This document shows positions 16,705 to 25,339 of a stretch of DNA of 64,000 nucleotides, piece after piece; position 1 is the first letter of the stretch; every line of letters begins with the position of its first letter. The notes below the pieces were generated by a model that worked only from the letters and a program-made list of their open reading frames with translations, did not search any database and was not told where the DNA came from. The stretch lies in NCBI GenBank assembly GCA_964630975.1, contig CAZVVY010000001.1, positions 2,610 to 66,609 on the forward strand. Reading direction: 5' to 3'. Position numbers and translations under genes: made by a program. This DNA is from Candidatus Micrarchaeota archaeon (GTDB taxonomy: Archaea; Micrarchaeota; Micrarchaeia; Norongarragalinales; Norongarragalinaceae).

Positions 16705-19339
16705 TGTTCTTGCACGGTTTCCTCAAAACCCGAGCAGTCGGGTTCCGAGTACTCGAGGCGCTCCTTGAATTCTTCGCGCTTTCCCTTGTTCCAGTTTTGC
16801 ACGGGCCGGTAATAGCCCACTACGCGCGAGTAAACCTCGCATTTTTTTCCGCATACTTCTTCGCTCACTTTTCGTTCACCTCTTTTTTTTAGTCGTCCCT
16901 CACCAAAACTTTTTCTCCGGGGGTAGTCTTCCTGCCGCACGGGCAAACGAAGTGTTCGCCCGGAATGTACCCGTGTTCGGGGCAGATGCTGAACGTCGGG
17001 CTGATGGAGAAGTAAGGCAGGCGCGTGGTGTGCGCTATTTTTTTTACGAGGGAGCGGCACGCCTTCCAGTCGCTCACTTTTTCGCCGAGGAAAGAGTGGA
17101 ACACGGTTCCGCCGGTGTACATCGTCTGCAAGTCGTTTTGGTGGTTGAGCGCCTCGAACAAGTCGTCGGTCGCGTCCACGGGCAGTTGCGTCGAGTTGGT
17201 CAAGTACGGCTCGTCCTGCCCCGACGTAATTATTTCCGGGTACGCCTTCTTGTCGATTCTCGCGAGGCGGTAAGACGTTCCTTCCGCCGGCGTCGCCTCC
17301 AAGTTATACAAGTTACCGGTTTCCTTCTGGTATTCCTTGAGCTTGCCGCGCATGAATTCCAGGGTTTCGATTGCGAATTCCTTGCCTTCGCCCGTGAACA
17401 GGTTTTTGCCGAGCAAGTTGAGGCACGCCTCGTTCATTCCCACGAGCCCGATGGTCGAAAAGTGGTGTTCGAACGTCCCCAAATACGTCTTCGAGTAAGG
17501 CATCAGGCCTTCCGCCATGTTCTTGTTGATTACCTTGCGCTTTATTTCGAGTGAGTCGCGCGCCAAGTCCATGTAACGCCCCAGTTTTTCGAAGAACTCG
17601 CTCTTGGTCTTGGCTTCGTACGCGAGGCGGTTCACGTTGAGCGTGACGACTCCGATGGAGCCGGTTTGCTCGCCGGCGCCGAACAAGCCGTTGCCCTTGT
17701 TGCGCAACTCGTTCAAGTCAAGGCTGAGGCGGCAACACATTGCGCGCACGCTCGACGGGTCCAGTTTGCTGCCCACGTAGTTCTGGAAGTAAGGCGTGCC
17801 GTAGCGCGCCGTCATCTCGAAGAGCCGGCGCGCGTTTTCGGTATCCCAATCGAAGTCCTTTGTCAGGTTGTACGTGGGAATCGGGAAAGTGAAAATCCTT
17901 CCGAGGGCGTCGCCTTCCTTCATTACTTCGAGAAACGCCCGGTTAATCATGTCCATTTCCTTCTGGCATTCGCCGTAAGTGAAGTCGGCGGGCAACCCCC
18001 CGATTATGGCGTGCTCGCCCTTCAAGTCGTCGGGAACCGTCCAGTCGAAGGTAAGGTTGGTGAACGGCATTTGGCTGCCCCAACGCGAAGGAATGTTGAG
18101 GGAGAAAATCATTGTCTGCATTGCCTGCTTTACTTCCTTGTAAGACAACTCCTCCGACTTCACGAAAGGGGCGAGCAAGGTGTCCACGCTCGAAAACGCT
18201 TGGGCTCCCGCGAACTCCATTTGCGTGCATCCCAAAAAGTTCACCATTTGGTGGACTACCACGTCCAAGTGCTTGGCGGGCTTGGCATCCACCTTGTTGG
18301 GCACGCCTCCGAAGCCGCGCGCGAGAAGGTTTTTGAGGGACCAGCCCGCGCAATATCCGACTATGCCTGCTGACAAGTCGTGTATATGGAAGTATCCGTT
18401 ACGGTGCGCGTCCGATATTTCGGCGGGGTACATTTCGTTGAGCACGTAGTTGGCGATTACCGAGCCCGCGGTGTGAAGCATGAGGCCGGAAAAAGAGTAG
18501 TCCACGTTGCTGTTTTCCTTTGTCCTCCAATCGCTTTGCTTGAGGTAGCCCTCCATTACCCCGTGGATGTCGAGGAAAGTGCTCTTCAAGCTCCTCATCT
18601 TTTCGTGTTGCTTGCGGTACAGTATGAATGCCTTCGCGGTCTTCACGTGGCCGCCTTCAATCAACACTTTTTCAACCATGTCCTGGACGTCTTCCACGCT
18701 GGGCTCGGTCAGGCCCACGCGGTCCAACTCGAAGACCACTTCGCCGGCGATTTCACGGGCCAGCTTCTTGTTGCGGCCGCCCACCGCGATTGCCGCCTTG
18801 TAAAGGGCTTCCACTATTTTTTCCTTGTCGAACGGCACGACCCGCCCGTCGCGCTTGCGTACCTTCTTGATTTTGGAGGTGATGCGCGCCGGCTTGGTTT
18901 TGAGGGAACTCGCTTCCCTCTCGAATTTTTCCACGGAATCGAAGGCGCGGTACACCGAGGCGAACCGCAGGTACGCCACTTCGTCCAAAGGCCTCAATTT
19001 TTCCAGTGCCTTTTCGCCTATGGCCGTGCTCTTGACTTCTTCCCCGAATTCATCGCGGCACTCCTTCTCGATTTCTTCGACGAGTTCGCCGATTTTTTCC
19101 TCGCTTATATTGGTTTTCTCACACGCCTTCAAAAACCCGGACTTGAGTTTTTCGGGGCTGAACGGCTCCCTCAAACCCGTTTTTTTGAGTACGGCCAGCT
19201 CCAACCCTTCAACCCTTTCATAAGTAGTAAAGCGTTTTTTGCAGGAATTGCATTCGCGGCGCCTGCGGTTCGAAGAACCGTCGCTGGAGCGCTTGTCAAC
19301 TACTTTTACGTCTTCACTCCCACAAAAAGGACAATTCAT
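16701..19339 (-). CDS. nrdD: Anaerobic ribonucleoside-triphosphate reductase NrdD (class III) with an N-terminal NrdR-like Zn-ribbon and two ATP-cones; reading frame interrupted near 16889-16923
   Basis: The N-terminus MNCPFCGSEDVKVVDKR…NRRRRECNSCKKRFTTYE plus an ATP cone (…VAYLRFASVYRAF) is followed by a second ATP cone (KRDGRVVPFDKEKI) and the class III RNR body. The main ORF stops at 16889-16891. The C-terminal CGKKCEVYSRVVGYYRPVQNWNKGKREE (glycyl-radical loop) is in another frame (the 16701..17060 ORF) and ends with an ATGA overlap onto nrdG. Confidence 0.8.
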
Positions 19340-19513
19340 TTATTTCGACCCCCAACATGTTGTGTTTATTTTTATCCCAAACCACAATCCTGACTTGGAA
19401 GTGCGGCTGAATTTTTAAGTGTTTCGCCTTTGTTACCACTAAATGTTGTGTTTAGTGTTATCACTAACCACTAATAGTGCTAATCGAGGCGTTTTTCCCA
19501 CCTTCGCTAATGC
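19340..19513 (-). promoter_or_regulatory. nrdD promoter with TATA box flanked by inverted repeats, plus upstream palindromes
   Basis: On the coding strand, GGGATAAAAATAAACACAA lies about 30 nt upstream of the ATG. It is bracketed by TTGTGTTTA (19360-19368) and AAACCACAA (19379-19387). A 12-bp direct repeat ATGTTGTGTTTA sits at 19357-19368 and 19443-19454. Palindromes TAGTGTTATCACTA (19453-19466) and CACTAATAGTG (19469-19479). Confidence 0.5.
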
Positions 19514-20644
19514 CTATTGCTTTAAAGTATTTAAATGTTTCCTGACTTTTTCGGCGGTTCCGGGGCTCTTGAATGCGTCGAAGAATTTTAGTGCGTGTTC
19601 CTTGCACAAGGCGCGGATTTCTCCGGTCGTCTCGTCGTCGATTGCGTACAACTCGCCGAAGAACCGCTTGTGCGCTTTCTTGGAGTATTTGCCGAACAAT
19701 TCGTCGTCGCTCTTGATTCCCTTGGCGCGCGCTTCGCCGCCGTACGTCGCGAAAACCCATTCGCGTATTTTTTGCATTAAGTCGGGCTTTCTTTCGTTGA
19801 GCACTTGCCACGACAGGTTTTGCCAGTACGTGCCCACGTTGCCTTTCGTGATGTCGCCGTGCGGAAACTTTTCCTTTATGAGGGGGAGGGGCGTACCCGT
19901 AATGCCGTGTTGGGCGATGCGTACGCCGAGGTCTTCGTCGCGCAACGCTTGTGCAACGGCGCGAGTCTGTGGAACGTCGATGCTTACTTGTTCCACGAGC
20001 TTTCCGTTCTCGTAAATGTTGCCGTGCGTGGACCCGTTGGCTATGGCGATTACTTGAGGGTAAACCCTGTTTTCGTTGAGCGCCTTGATAAACGTAACCG
20101 CTTCTTCTGGGGAAGTAACCACGAAGCCGTCTTCGCTCTTGCGCCCGATTTCGCCTACTTCGACTTCGAGGCCGGCGTTCGGCCCCGCCTCGGAATAAAT
20201 GTGTTGCGCTATTTCGGTGCTCACGCGAATGTTTTCGCTTAACTCTTCGCGCAAATTGCCGCCTTCGTGGTTGAACAAGAAAGAGGCGTCGATTGCGAAA
20301 GAAGTGTAGCCGGCCTCGACTTGCGCGCTGACCAGTTTCTTGATTCCTTCGACTTCTTCGGCGGTTCCTTTCTTGACCGTCAAGTGGTCGGCGTGCAACG
20401 CCCAAACCGCGTCTCCCGCGGATTCGTTGCACCACTTCGCGTATGCCGAAGGAGTGAGGCCGGTGTAGCCCGAGTCCAGCCCACACTCGCTTTTGGCGAG
20501 CTCCATTATGACTGCGGAGTCGGCTTCGCGCGCGGCATCGAATATTCCGGCAACAACGCCTTTGGCGAGCCGCGTGTTGCAAGCCATTATTATGCATTCT
20601 TCGTCGCGGAGAGCGTCGAACAATTTTTTTCCTTCAACCTTCAT
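19514..20644 (-). CDS. fba: Class II fructose/tagatose-bisphosphate aldolase family protein
   Basis: 376-aa protein with LHADH and HG..G metal-binding motifs of class II aldolases (bacterial type). Confidence 0.7.
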   Translation of the reverse strand: MKVEGKKLFDALRDEECIIMACNTRLAKGVVAGIFDAAREADSAVIMELAKSECGLDSGYTGLTPSAYAKWCNESAGDAVWALHADHLTVKKGTAEEVEGIKKLVSAQVEAGYTSFAIDASFLFNHEGGNLREELSENIRVSTEIAQHIYSEAGPNAGLEVEVGEIGRKSEDGFVVTSPEEAVTFIKALNENRVYPQVIAIANGSTHGNIYENGKLVEQVSIDVPQTRAVAQALRDEDLGVRIAQHGITGTPLPLIKEKFPHGDITKGNVGTYWQNLSWQVLNERKPDLMQKIREWVFATYGGEARAKGIKSDDELFGKYSKKAHKRFFGELYAIDDETTGEIRALCKEHALKFFDAFKSPGTAEKVRKHLNTLKQ

Positions 20645-20656
20645 CCGTATTTCACC

Positions 20657-21649
20657 TCAATAAATCGGGTCGGTTTCGAACCGGTGGTCCGTGCGAATCT
20701 CGCGGACGCTGCCGCTCTTGGAGCGGGTTACAAGCGAATGCGTTATTGCGCCGCGACTCGTGAACCGCACGCCTTTCAGGGTCGGGCCGTTGGTTACTCC
20801 GGTGGCCGCGAACATCACGTTGTCGCCTTTTGCCAGGTCCTCGATGTCGAGCTTGTCGGAGTAGCCTACCTTGAAGTATTCGTTGAACTCTTCTTGTTTG
20901 GCGCCTACCCCCATTTCGCGGGCGCGCGATAACTCGTTTTCTTTCTTGAATACGAGTCGGCCCTGTATTTCCCCGCCGAACGCCTTGAGTGCGGCGGCGG
21001 CGAGCACGCCTTCGGGCGCGGCACCCACCCCCATTAAGGCGTCGACGCCTGTATGGGGTAGGGCGGTTGCAATGGCGCCGGTTACGTCGCCGTCGAGTAT
21101 GAGGAGGATGCGGGCGCCGGCGTCACGGATTTCCTTGATTAACGCGTTGTTGCGTTCGCGTTCCATCACGATTACGGTGAGGTCTTCGATTTCCTTGTCG
21201 AGTGCGCGCGCAATCGCGTCCAGGTTTTTTTGCGCGGGCCAATCCAAGTCGACTTTGCCGGCGCATTCGGCGCCGACGGCGAGCTTGTGCATGTAGCAGT
21301 CGGGGGCGTGTAGGAGTGAGCCGGCGGGCGCGCAGGCGAGTACGCTTAACGCGTTGTCGCGGCCTTTGGCTGTTGCGGAAGTGCATTCGAGGGGGTCGAC
21401 GGCGACGTCTATTTCGGGGCCTTTTCCGGTGCCTACTTTTTCGCCTATGTAGAGCATCGGCGCTTCGTCGCGTTCGCCTTCACCGATTACGATGGTTCCG
21501 TCCACGTTGACTTGGTTGAGGGTTTTGCGCATGAGGCGGCTGGCCGCGTCGTCGGCGGCGTGCGAGTCGCCCCGGCCTACGAGCCGCGAGGAAGCTATTG
21601 CCGCGGCTTCTGTTACGCGCACCATTTCGAGGGCAAGGTTTCGGTCCAT
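20657..21649 (-). CDS. glpX: Fructose-1,6-bisphosphatase class II (GlpX)
   Basis: …GEGERDEAPMLYIGEKVG…DVAVDPLECT… is GlpX-like. Confidence 0.8.
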   Translation of the reverse strand: MDRNLALEMVRVTEAAAIASSRLVGRGDSHAADDAASRLMRKTLNQVNVDGTIVIGEGERDEAPMLYIGEKVGTGKGPEIDVAVDPLECTSATAKGRDNALSVLACAPAGSLLHAPDCYMHKLAVGAECAGKVDLDWPAQKNLDAIARALDKEIEDLTVIVMERERNNALIKEIRDAGARILLILDGDVTGAIATALPHTGVDALMGVGAAPEGVLAAAALKAFGGEIQGRLVFKKENELSRAREMGVGAKQEEFNEYFKVGYSDKLDIEDLAKGDNVMFAATGVTNGPTLKGVRFTSRGAITHSLVTRSKSGSVREIRTDHRFETDPIY

Positions 21650-21703
21650 TCTTTAAATCACCTGGAGCCCTGAGAGAGACGAAAATAATTTGGTTGCAGG
21701 GGT

Positions 21704-22513
21704 TTAAACGCTTATGGTCGTGGCCGCGTATGCGACTAGGAAGCAGAGCATCGCGATTTTGAACCATTTTTGTGAGGGGCCGTAACGTTTTTTGAGGAGG
21801 AGGCGCGCTGCGTTCAAGGCGGCCAAGTCGGCGAGGGCGACGAGTGCGAAGAACGAAGCGGGGCCGGAGAGAGCCGGCCAGGAAGCGAAAACGCAGGCGG
21901 AAAGCAGGGAGTAAAGCGCTATTTTTTCCGCCCAACCTTTCCCGGCCGCCAACGGCAGCGTTTTTTTGAATCCCTTGTCCGCCTTCACGTCCTCCAAGTC
22001 CTTGGTTACTTCGCGGCCCGCGTTCGCGAACAATGCCGCGAGCGCCAGGGGAGCCACCGCCGCGTAATCGCCCGTGATGCTCGCGCCGAAAACGAATAAC
22101 AGCGCCGTGTTTCCTGCGACCACCCAGTTGCCCAACCATTTTTTGCCGGCGAGAAACGCCGAATACGAGTACAATGAAACGGATGCCGCAACGGCTATTG
22201 CGAAAGCCGCAACGTTGACCAGCCACGCCAACGCCAAGCCCGCCGCGAACAACGCGAATGCAAACGCCTTTACCTTTCCCGCCTTGACTCTGCCAGAAGG
22301 AATCGGTTTCTTTTTGTTTTTTCCCGCGTCCGCTTTCCCGTCAAAAAAATCGTTTATGGCTTGCCCCCCGCCGCCGATTAACGCGGCGGCAAGCATCGCG
22401 TAAGCCGCTGCCGGGCTTATTCCCGCGCCCGCCCCCAACGCGTAACCCAGCCATACGGCTGCCGCACTCAACGCGAAGTTCGCCGGCCTCACCAATTCAA
22501 TGAAAGCGTTCAC
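21704..22513 (-). CDS. UbiA-family prenyltransferase (possible DGGGP synthase)
   Basis: 8-9 TM protein with an Asp-rich NDFFDGKAD motif. Confidence 0.6.
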   Translation of the reverse strand: MNAFIELVRPANFALSAAAVWLGYALGAGAGISPAAAYAMLAAALIGGGGQAINDFFDGKADAGKNKKKPIPSGRVKAGKVKAFAFALFAAGLALAWLVNVAAFAIAVAASVSLYSYSAFLAGKKWLGNWVVAGNTALLFVFGASITGDYAAVAPLALAALFANAGREVTKDLEDVKADKGFKKTLPLAAGKGWAEKIALYSLLSACVFASWPALSGPASFFALVALADLAALNAARLLLKKRYGPSQKWFKIAMLCFLVAYAATTISV

Positions 22514-22567
22514 GAAAACAATTACGCGCCCCCCTTATTTTTATTGCGCGCCCGCCTTCCCCTTTTC

Positions 22568-23443
22568 ATGCACGAGTACAGGTTCGACTCCTTGCGGGGC
22601 TTAACTCTTTTAATAGCCGAAAAACGGGCTGAACGCCCGCACTTGCACGAGAAGGGAGGCGCAAAAAAGAAGTGCCCTTTTTGCAGGGGCAACGAAGCGC
22701 TTACCGGCCCGGCAACCCTGGAATTGCCCGCTGAAAAGTGGAGGGTGCGCGCGTTCCCGAACAAGTATCCTTTTGTCGAGCGCCGCGGCCGCTTCAAGAA
22801 AGGCGCGCGAACCGCGCCCGCGTTCGGCGACCACGAAGTAATAGTGGAGACGGCAAGGCACTCCGAGTTGTTCGAGGATTATTCGCGCGAACAAACCGAA
22901 TCGTTGTGGTCCGCTTACCTCGACCGCTTCAACGAATTGTCGAGCCGCCCCCAAACGCGCTTCGTTTTCTTGTTGAAGAACCACGGAGCGGACAGCGGCG
23001 CCAGCATTCCCCACGAGCACTCGCAAATCGTTTCCTACCCTTTCGTTCCCGAGCGCGTCAAGCGGTTCGCCGCCAAGCCGTGCGCCTTGTGCGATTTGCG
23101 TAAGCTGGGCGTTCCCGTTTTCTCCACGCGAAACTTCCGCGTAATCGCGCCCTTCGACTCGTTGACGGCAGGCGAACTGTGGGTCGTCCCAAAAAAACAC
23201 GTTGAGTCTATGAATGGCGTTAACGGCGTTGAATTGCTGCGTGCCTTACAGGAATGCGTGCGCCGCGTCAAGCGGTTCTCGAATTCCTACAACTTCGCGT
23301 TCATCAACTCGCCGAAAGGCGGCGGCGTACACTTTCACGTTCAAGTGTTCCCGCGAACCGAGCGTTGGGGGGCAGTGGAATTAGGGCTCGGAATTTACTT
23401 GAACGCCTTGGGCGCTCGAAACGCGGCTGAATTATTCCGTTGA
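22568..23443 (+). CDS. Galactose-1-phosphate uridylyltransferase-like HIT-family nucleotidyltransferase
   Basis: CPFCRGNE zinc motif and HEHSQ HIT-like motif; TATA-like TTATTTTTATT about 25 nt upstream of ATG 22568. Confidence 0.65.
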   Translation: MHEYRFDSLRGLTLLIAEKRAERPHLHEKGGAKKKCPFCRGNEALTGPATLELPAEKWRVRAFPNKYPFVERRGRFKKGARTAPAFGDHEVIVETARHSELFEDYSREQTESLWSAYLDRFNELSSRPQTRFVFLLKNHGADSGASIPHEHSQIVSYPFVPERVKRFAAKPCALCDLRKLGVPVFSTRNFRVIAPFDSLTAGELWVVPKKHVESMNGVNGVELLRALQECVRRVKRFSNSYNFAFINSPKGGGVHFHVQVFPRTERWGAVELGLGIYLNALGARNAAELFR

Positions 23444-23776
23444 ACTCTCTTGTACTTTCAGGATTGCTTCGGCGAGGTCGCCGTCGCTTTCCTCCAACGC
23501 CTTCTCCGCTTTTTCCTTTGAGCAACCCGTTTCCTTAACGATTATTTCGGCGTCGCCTTCCTCTTTTTTCCCGCTTTCCTCAACGCCCACGTTCCCGGCG
23601 ACTTGAAAGCTCGCTCTTCCCTTCATTTCTATTCGCGTGACTGCGGGATCGGTTATCACTATGCTGGAGCCGTCGCGTTTCTCTATTACCACGCGTTCGG
23701 CCTCCACTTCCTCGCTTTTAATACCCATTTGAGCCATTAACTTGCCCATCTGCTTGGGGTTCACGTTGGGAATCAT
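23432..23776 (-). CDS. nac: Nascent polypeptide-associated complex protein (NAC alpha, archaeal)
   Basis: MIPNVNPKQMGKLMAQMGIKSEEV NAC domain plus C-terminal UBA-like (DLAEAI). The listed 251-aa ORF extends upstream antisense to archease and is not real there. Confidence 0.8.
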   Translation of the reverse strand: MIPNVNPKQMGKLMAQMGIKSEEVEAERVVIEKRDGSSIVITDPAVTRIEMKGRASFQVAGNVGVEESGKKEEGDAEIIVKETGCSKEKAEKALEESDGDLAEAILKVQESSTE

Positions 23777-23830
23777 ACGGTTATTTCGCGGGCAAGGGTT
23801 TAAACCCCTTGCCTTCCCCAATAACAGTGT

Positions 23831-24247
23831 ATGCACCGTTTTCTCGAACACAAGGCCGACGTCTTGTTCGAAGCAACCGGCGAATCCTTTGAAGACGCCG
23901 TCGAAGAATGCGCGCAAGCCCTTTTCGAGACGATGGCCGACGTTTCCCGAGTCAAAAGCGATGAGAGCGTGGTCGTCGAGGCGCGCGCCCCCGATTTGCG
24001 AGGTCTCGCCGTCTTCATCCTCGAAGAATTGCTTTCGGAGGCGGACGCCGAAAACTTGTTTTTTCACGGCTTCAAAGTGGCGTCGTTCAAGAAGGAGGGC
24101 TCGCAATTCGTGTTGAAGGGCGCGGCTTCCGGGTCCAGAAGGCGCCCCGAATTCGGTCGGACCGACGTTAAGGCGGTTACCCACCACGAAAGCAACGTTA
24201 AAAAAACGGTTAAGGGATATAAGATTAGAATTTTGTTGGACGTGTGA
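23831..24247 (+). CDS. Archease
   Basis: MHRFLEHKADVLFEATGESFEDAVEECAQALF… and …DVKAVTHHE… match the archease family. Confidence 0.8.
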   Translation: MHRFLEHKADVLFEATGESFEDAVEECAQALFETMADVSRVKSDESVVVEARAPDLRGLAVFILEELLSEADAENLFFHGFKVASFKKEGSQFVLKGAASGSRRRPEFGRTDVKAVTHHESNVKKTVKGYKIRILLDV

Positions 24248-24251
24248 AAAA

Positions 24252-24773
24252 ATGGAGTTGAAGGATTACATTCGGGACGTGCCCGACTTCCCTAAAAAAG
24301 GCATCGTTTTCAAGGACATCACGACTTTGTTGCGCGAGCCCGAAGCATTCAAGCACTCGGTCGAGCGCTTCAAGGAAAAGTACGGGGACGCCGGCGTGAG
24401 TTGCGTGGTCGGAATCGAGTCGCGCGGCTTTATCTTCGGGGCGGCCCTCGCCCACGAGTTGGGTGCCGCGTTCGTGCCATTGCGCAAGCCCGGCAAGCTC
24501 CCCTACAAGACGATTCGCGTGGACTACGAGTTGGAGTACGGGTCGGACGCGGTCGAAGTCCACGAAGACGGCATTCACGCCGGTGAAAAAGTGTTGGTGG
24601 TCGACGACTTGCTTGCCACGGGAGGAACGGCCAAGGCCGCCGTGGACTTGGTTGAGCGCTTGGGCGGAAAAGTTTGCGGAATCGCCTTCCTAGTCGAACT
24701 CGGTTTCTTGAACGGCCGCGAAAAGCTTTCGGGCCACGAAGTTTACTCGCTCGTCAAGTACGACAAGGAGTGA
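24252..24773 (+). CDS. apt: Adenine phosphoribosyltransferase
   Basis: PRPP-binding VLVVDDLLATGGTAKA motif; 173 aa. Confidence 0.85.
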   Translation: MELKDYIRDVPDFPKKGIVFKDITTLLREPEAFKHSVERFKEKYGDAGVSCVVGIESRGFIFGAALAHELGAAFVPLRKPGKLPYKTIRVDYELEYGSDAVEVHEDGIHAGEKVLVVDDLLATGGTAKAAVDLVERLGGKVCGIAFLVELGFLNGREKLSGHEVYSLVKYDKE

Positions 24774-25339
24774 ACGCGGTTCGGCAACCCCTCGTTGTAA
24801 GCGCGCGCAACAATTAACGTTTTTACTCCGGCGGCTCGCCCGGCTTTAACGTCGAGTTCGGTGTCCCCGACGAACACGGATTCTTCAGCGCTTACCCCTA
24901 GCTCTTCCAACGCCTTGACCAGTATGTCGGGCGCGGGCTTTGGCCGGCAATCTTCCGGCGTTGAAACGAAGTCGAACGATTCCGAGACTTCCCTCAACGT
25001 TTTCTTAGCTTCCCCTTTCGTCTGGTTGGTTGCCACCGCGGTCTTTACTCCGGCGGAGCGCAAAGCCTTAACGGTTTGAATCGCGTCCTCGTTCAACTCG
25101 GCGTACTTCGGGAAGAACTCGTTTGCGTAACGGCTGCGTATTTCGGTTACCAGTTGCTCTTCGGGCTCCACCCCCAAACGCTTCAGCCACTCGGGCGCGC
25201 GGTTGCCGTTCCACTTGATTATTTCCTCCCTTTCCGGAACGCTCAGGCCGTGCTCCGACAACACCGTTTTGTATAACTCGTAAAGCGCTTCCTCTGAGTC
25301 GTAGAGCACTCCGTCGACGTCGAACAGCGCGGCCTTCAC
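24743..25339 (-). CDS. HAD-superfamily hydrolase (phosphatase/beta-phosphoglucomutase-like)
   Basis: N-terminal DVDGVL motif I, plus …TNQTKGEAK… and GDTELD motifs. Confidence 0.7.
   Translation of the reverse strand: MKAALFDVDGVLYDSEEALYELYKTVLSEHGLSVPEREEIIKWNGNRAPEWLKRLGVEPEEQLVTEIRSRYANEFFPKYAELNEDAIQTVKALRSAGVKTAVATNQTKGEAKKTLREVSESFDFVSTPEDCRPKPAPDILVKALEELGVSAEESVFVGDTELDVKAGRAAGVKTLIVARAYNEGLPNRVHSLSYLTSE

Noticed and set aside
16701-17060. Separate 119-aa ORF listed at 16701..17060
   Set aside because: Not an independent gene. Its first about 60 aa are off-frame junk overlapping nrdD, and its last about 55 aa are the displaced glycyl-radical C-terminus of NrdD (see finding).
19464-20597. 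377-aa Arg-rich ORF
   Set aside because: Alternative frame of the fba gene; no start or RBS context and junk composition.
21480-22226. 248-aa minus ORF and other R-rich ORFs (40377..41150, 51197..51967, 52721..53281, 56231..56917)
   Set aside because: All overlap better-supported genes in other frames and show an extreme Arg/Pro/Gly bias.
23777-24187. N-terminal 137 aa of the listed 251-aa ORF upstream of NAC
   Set aside because: Antisense to the archease gene; NAC begins at the internal Met (MIPNVNPKQM…).
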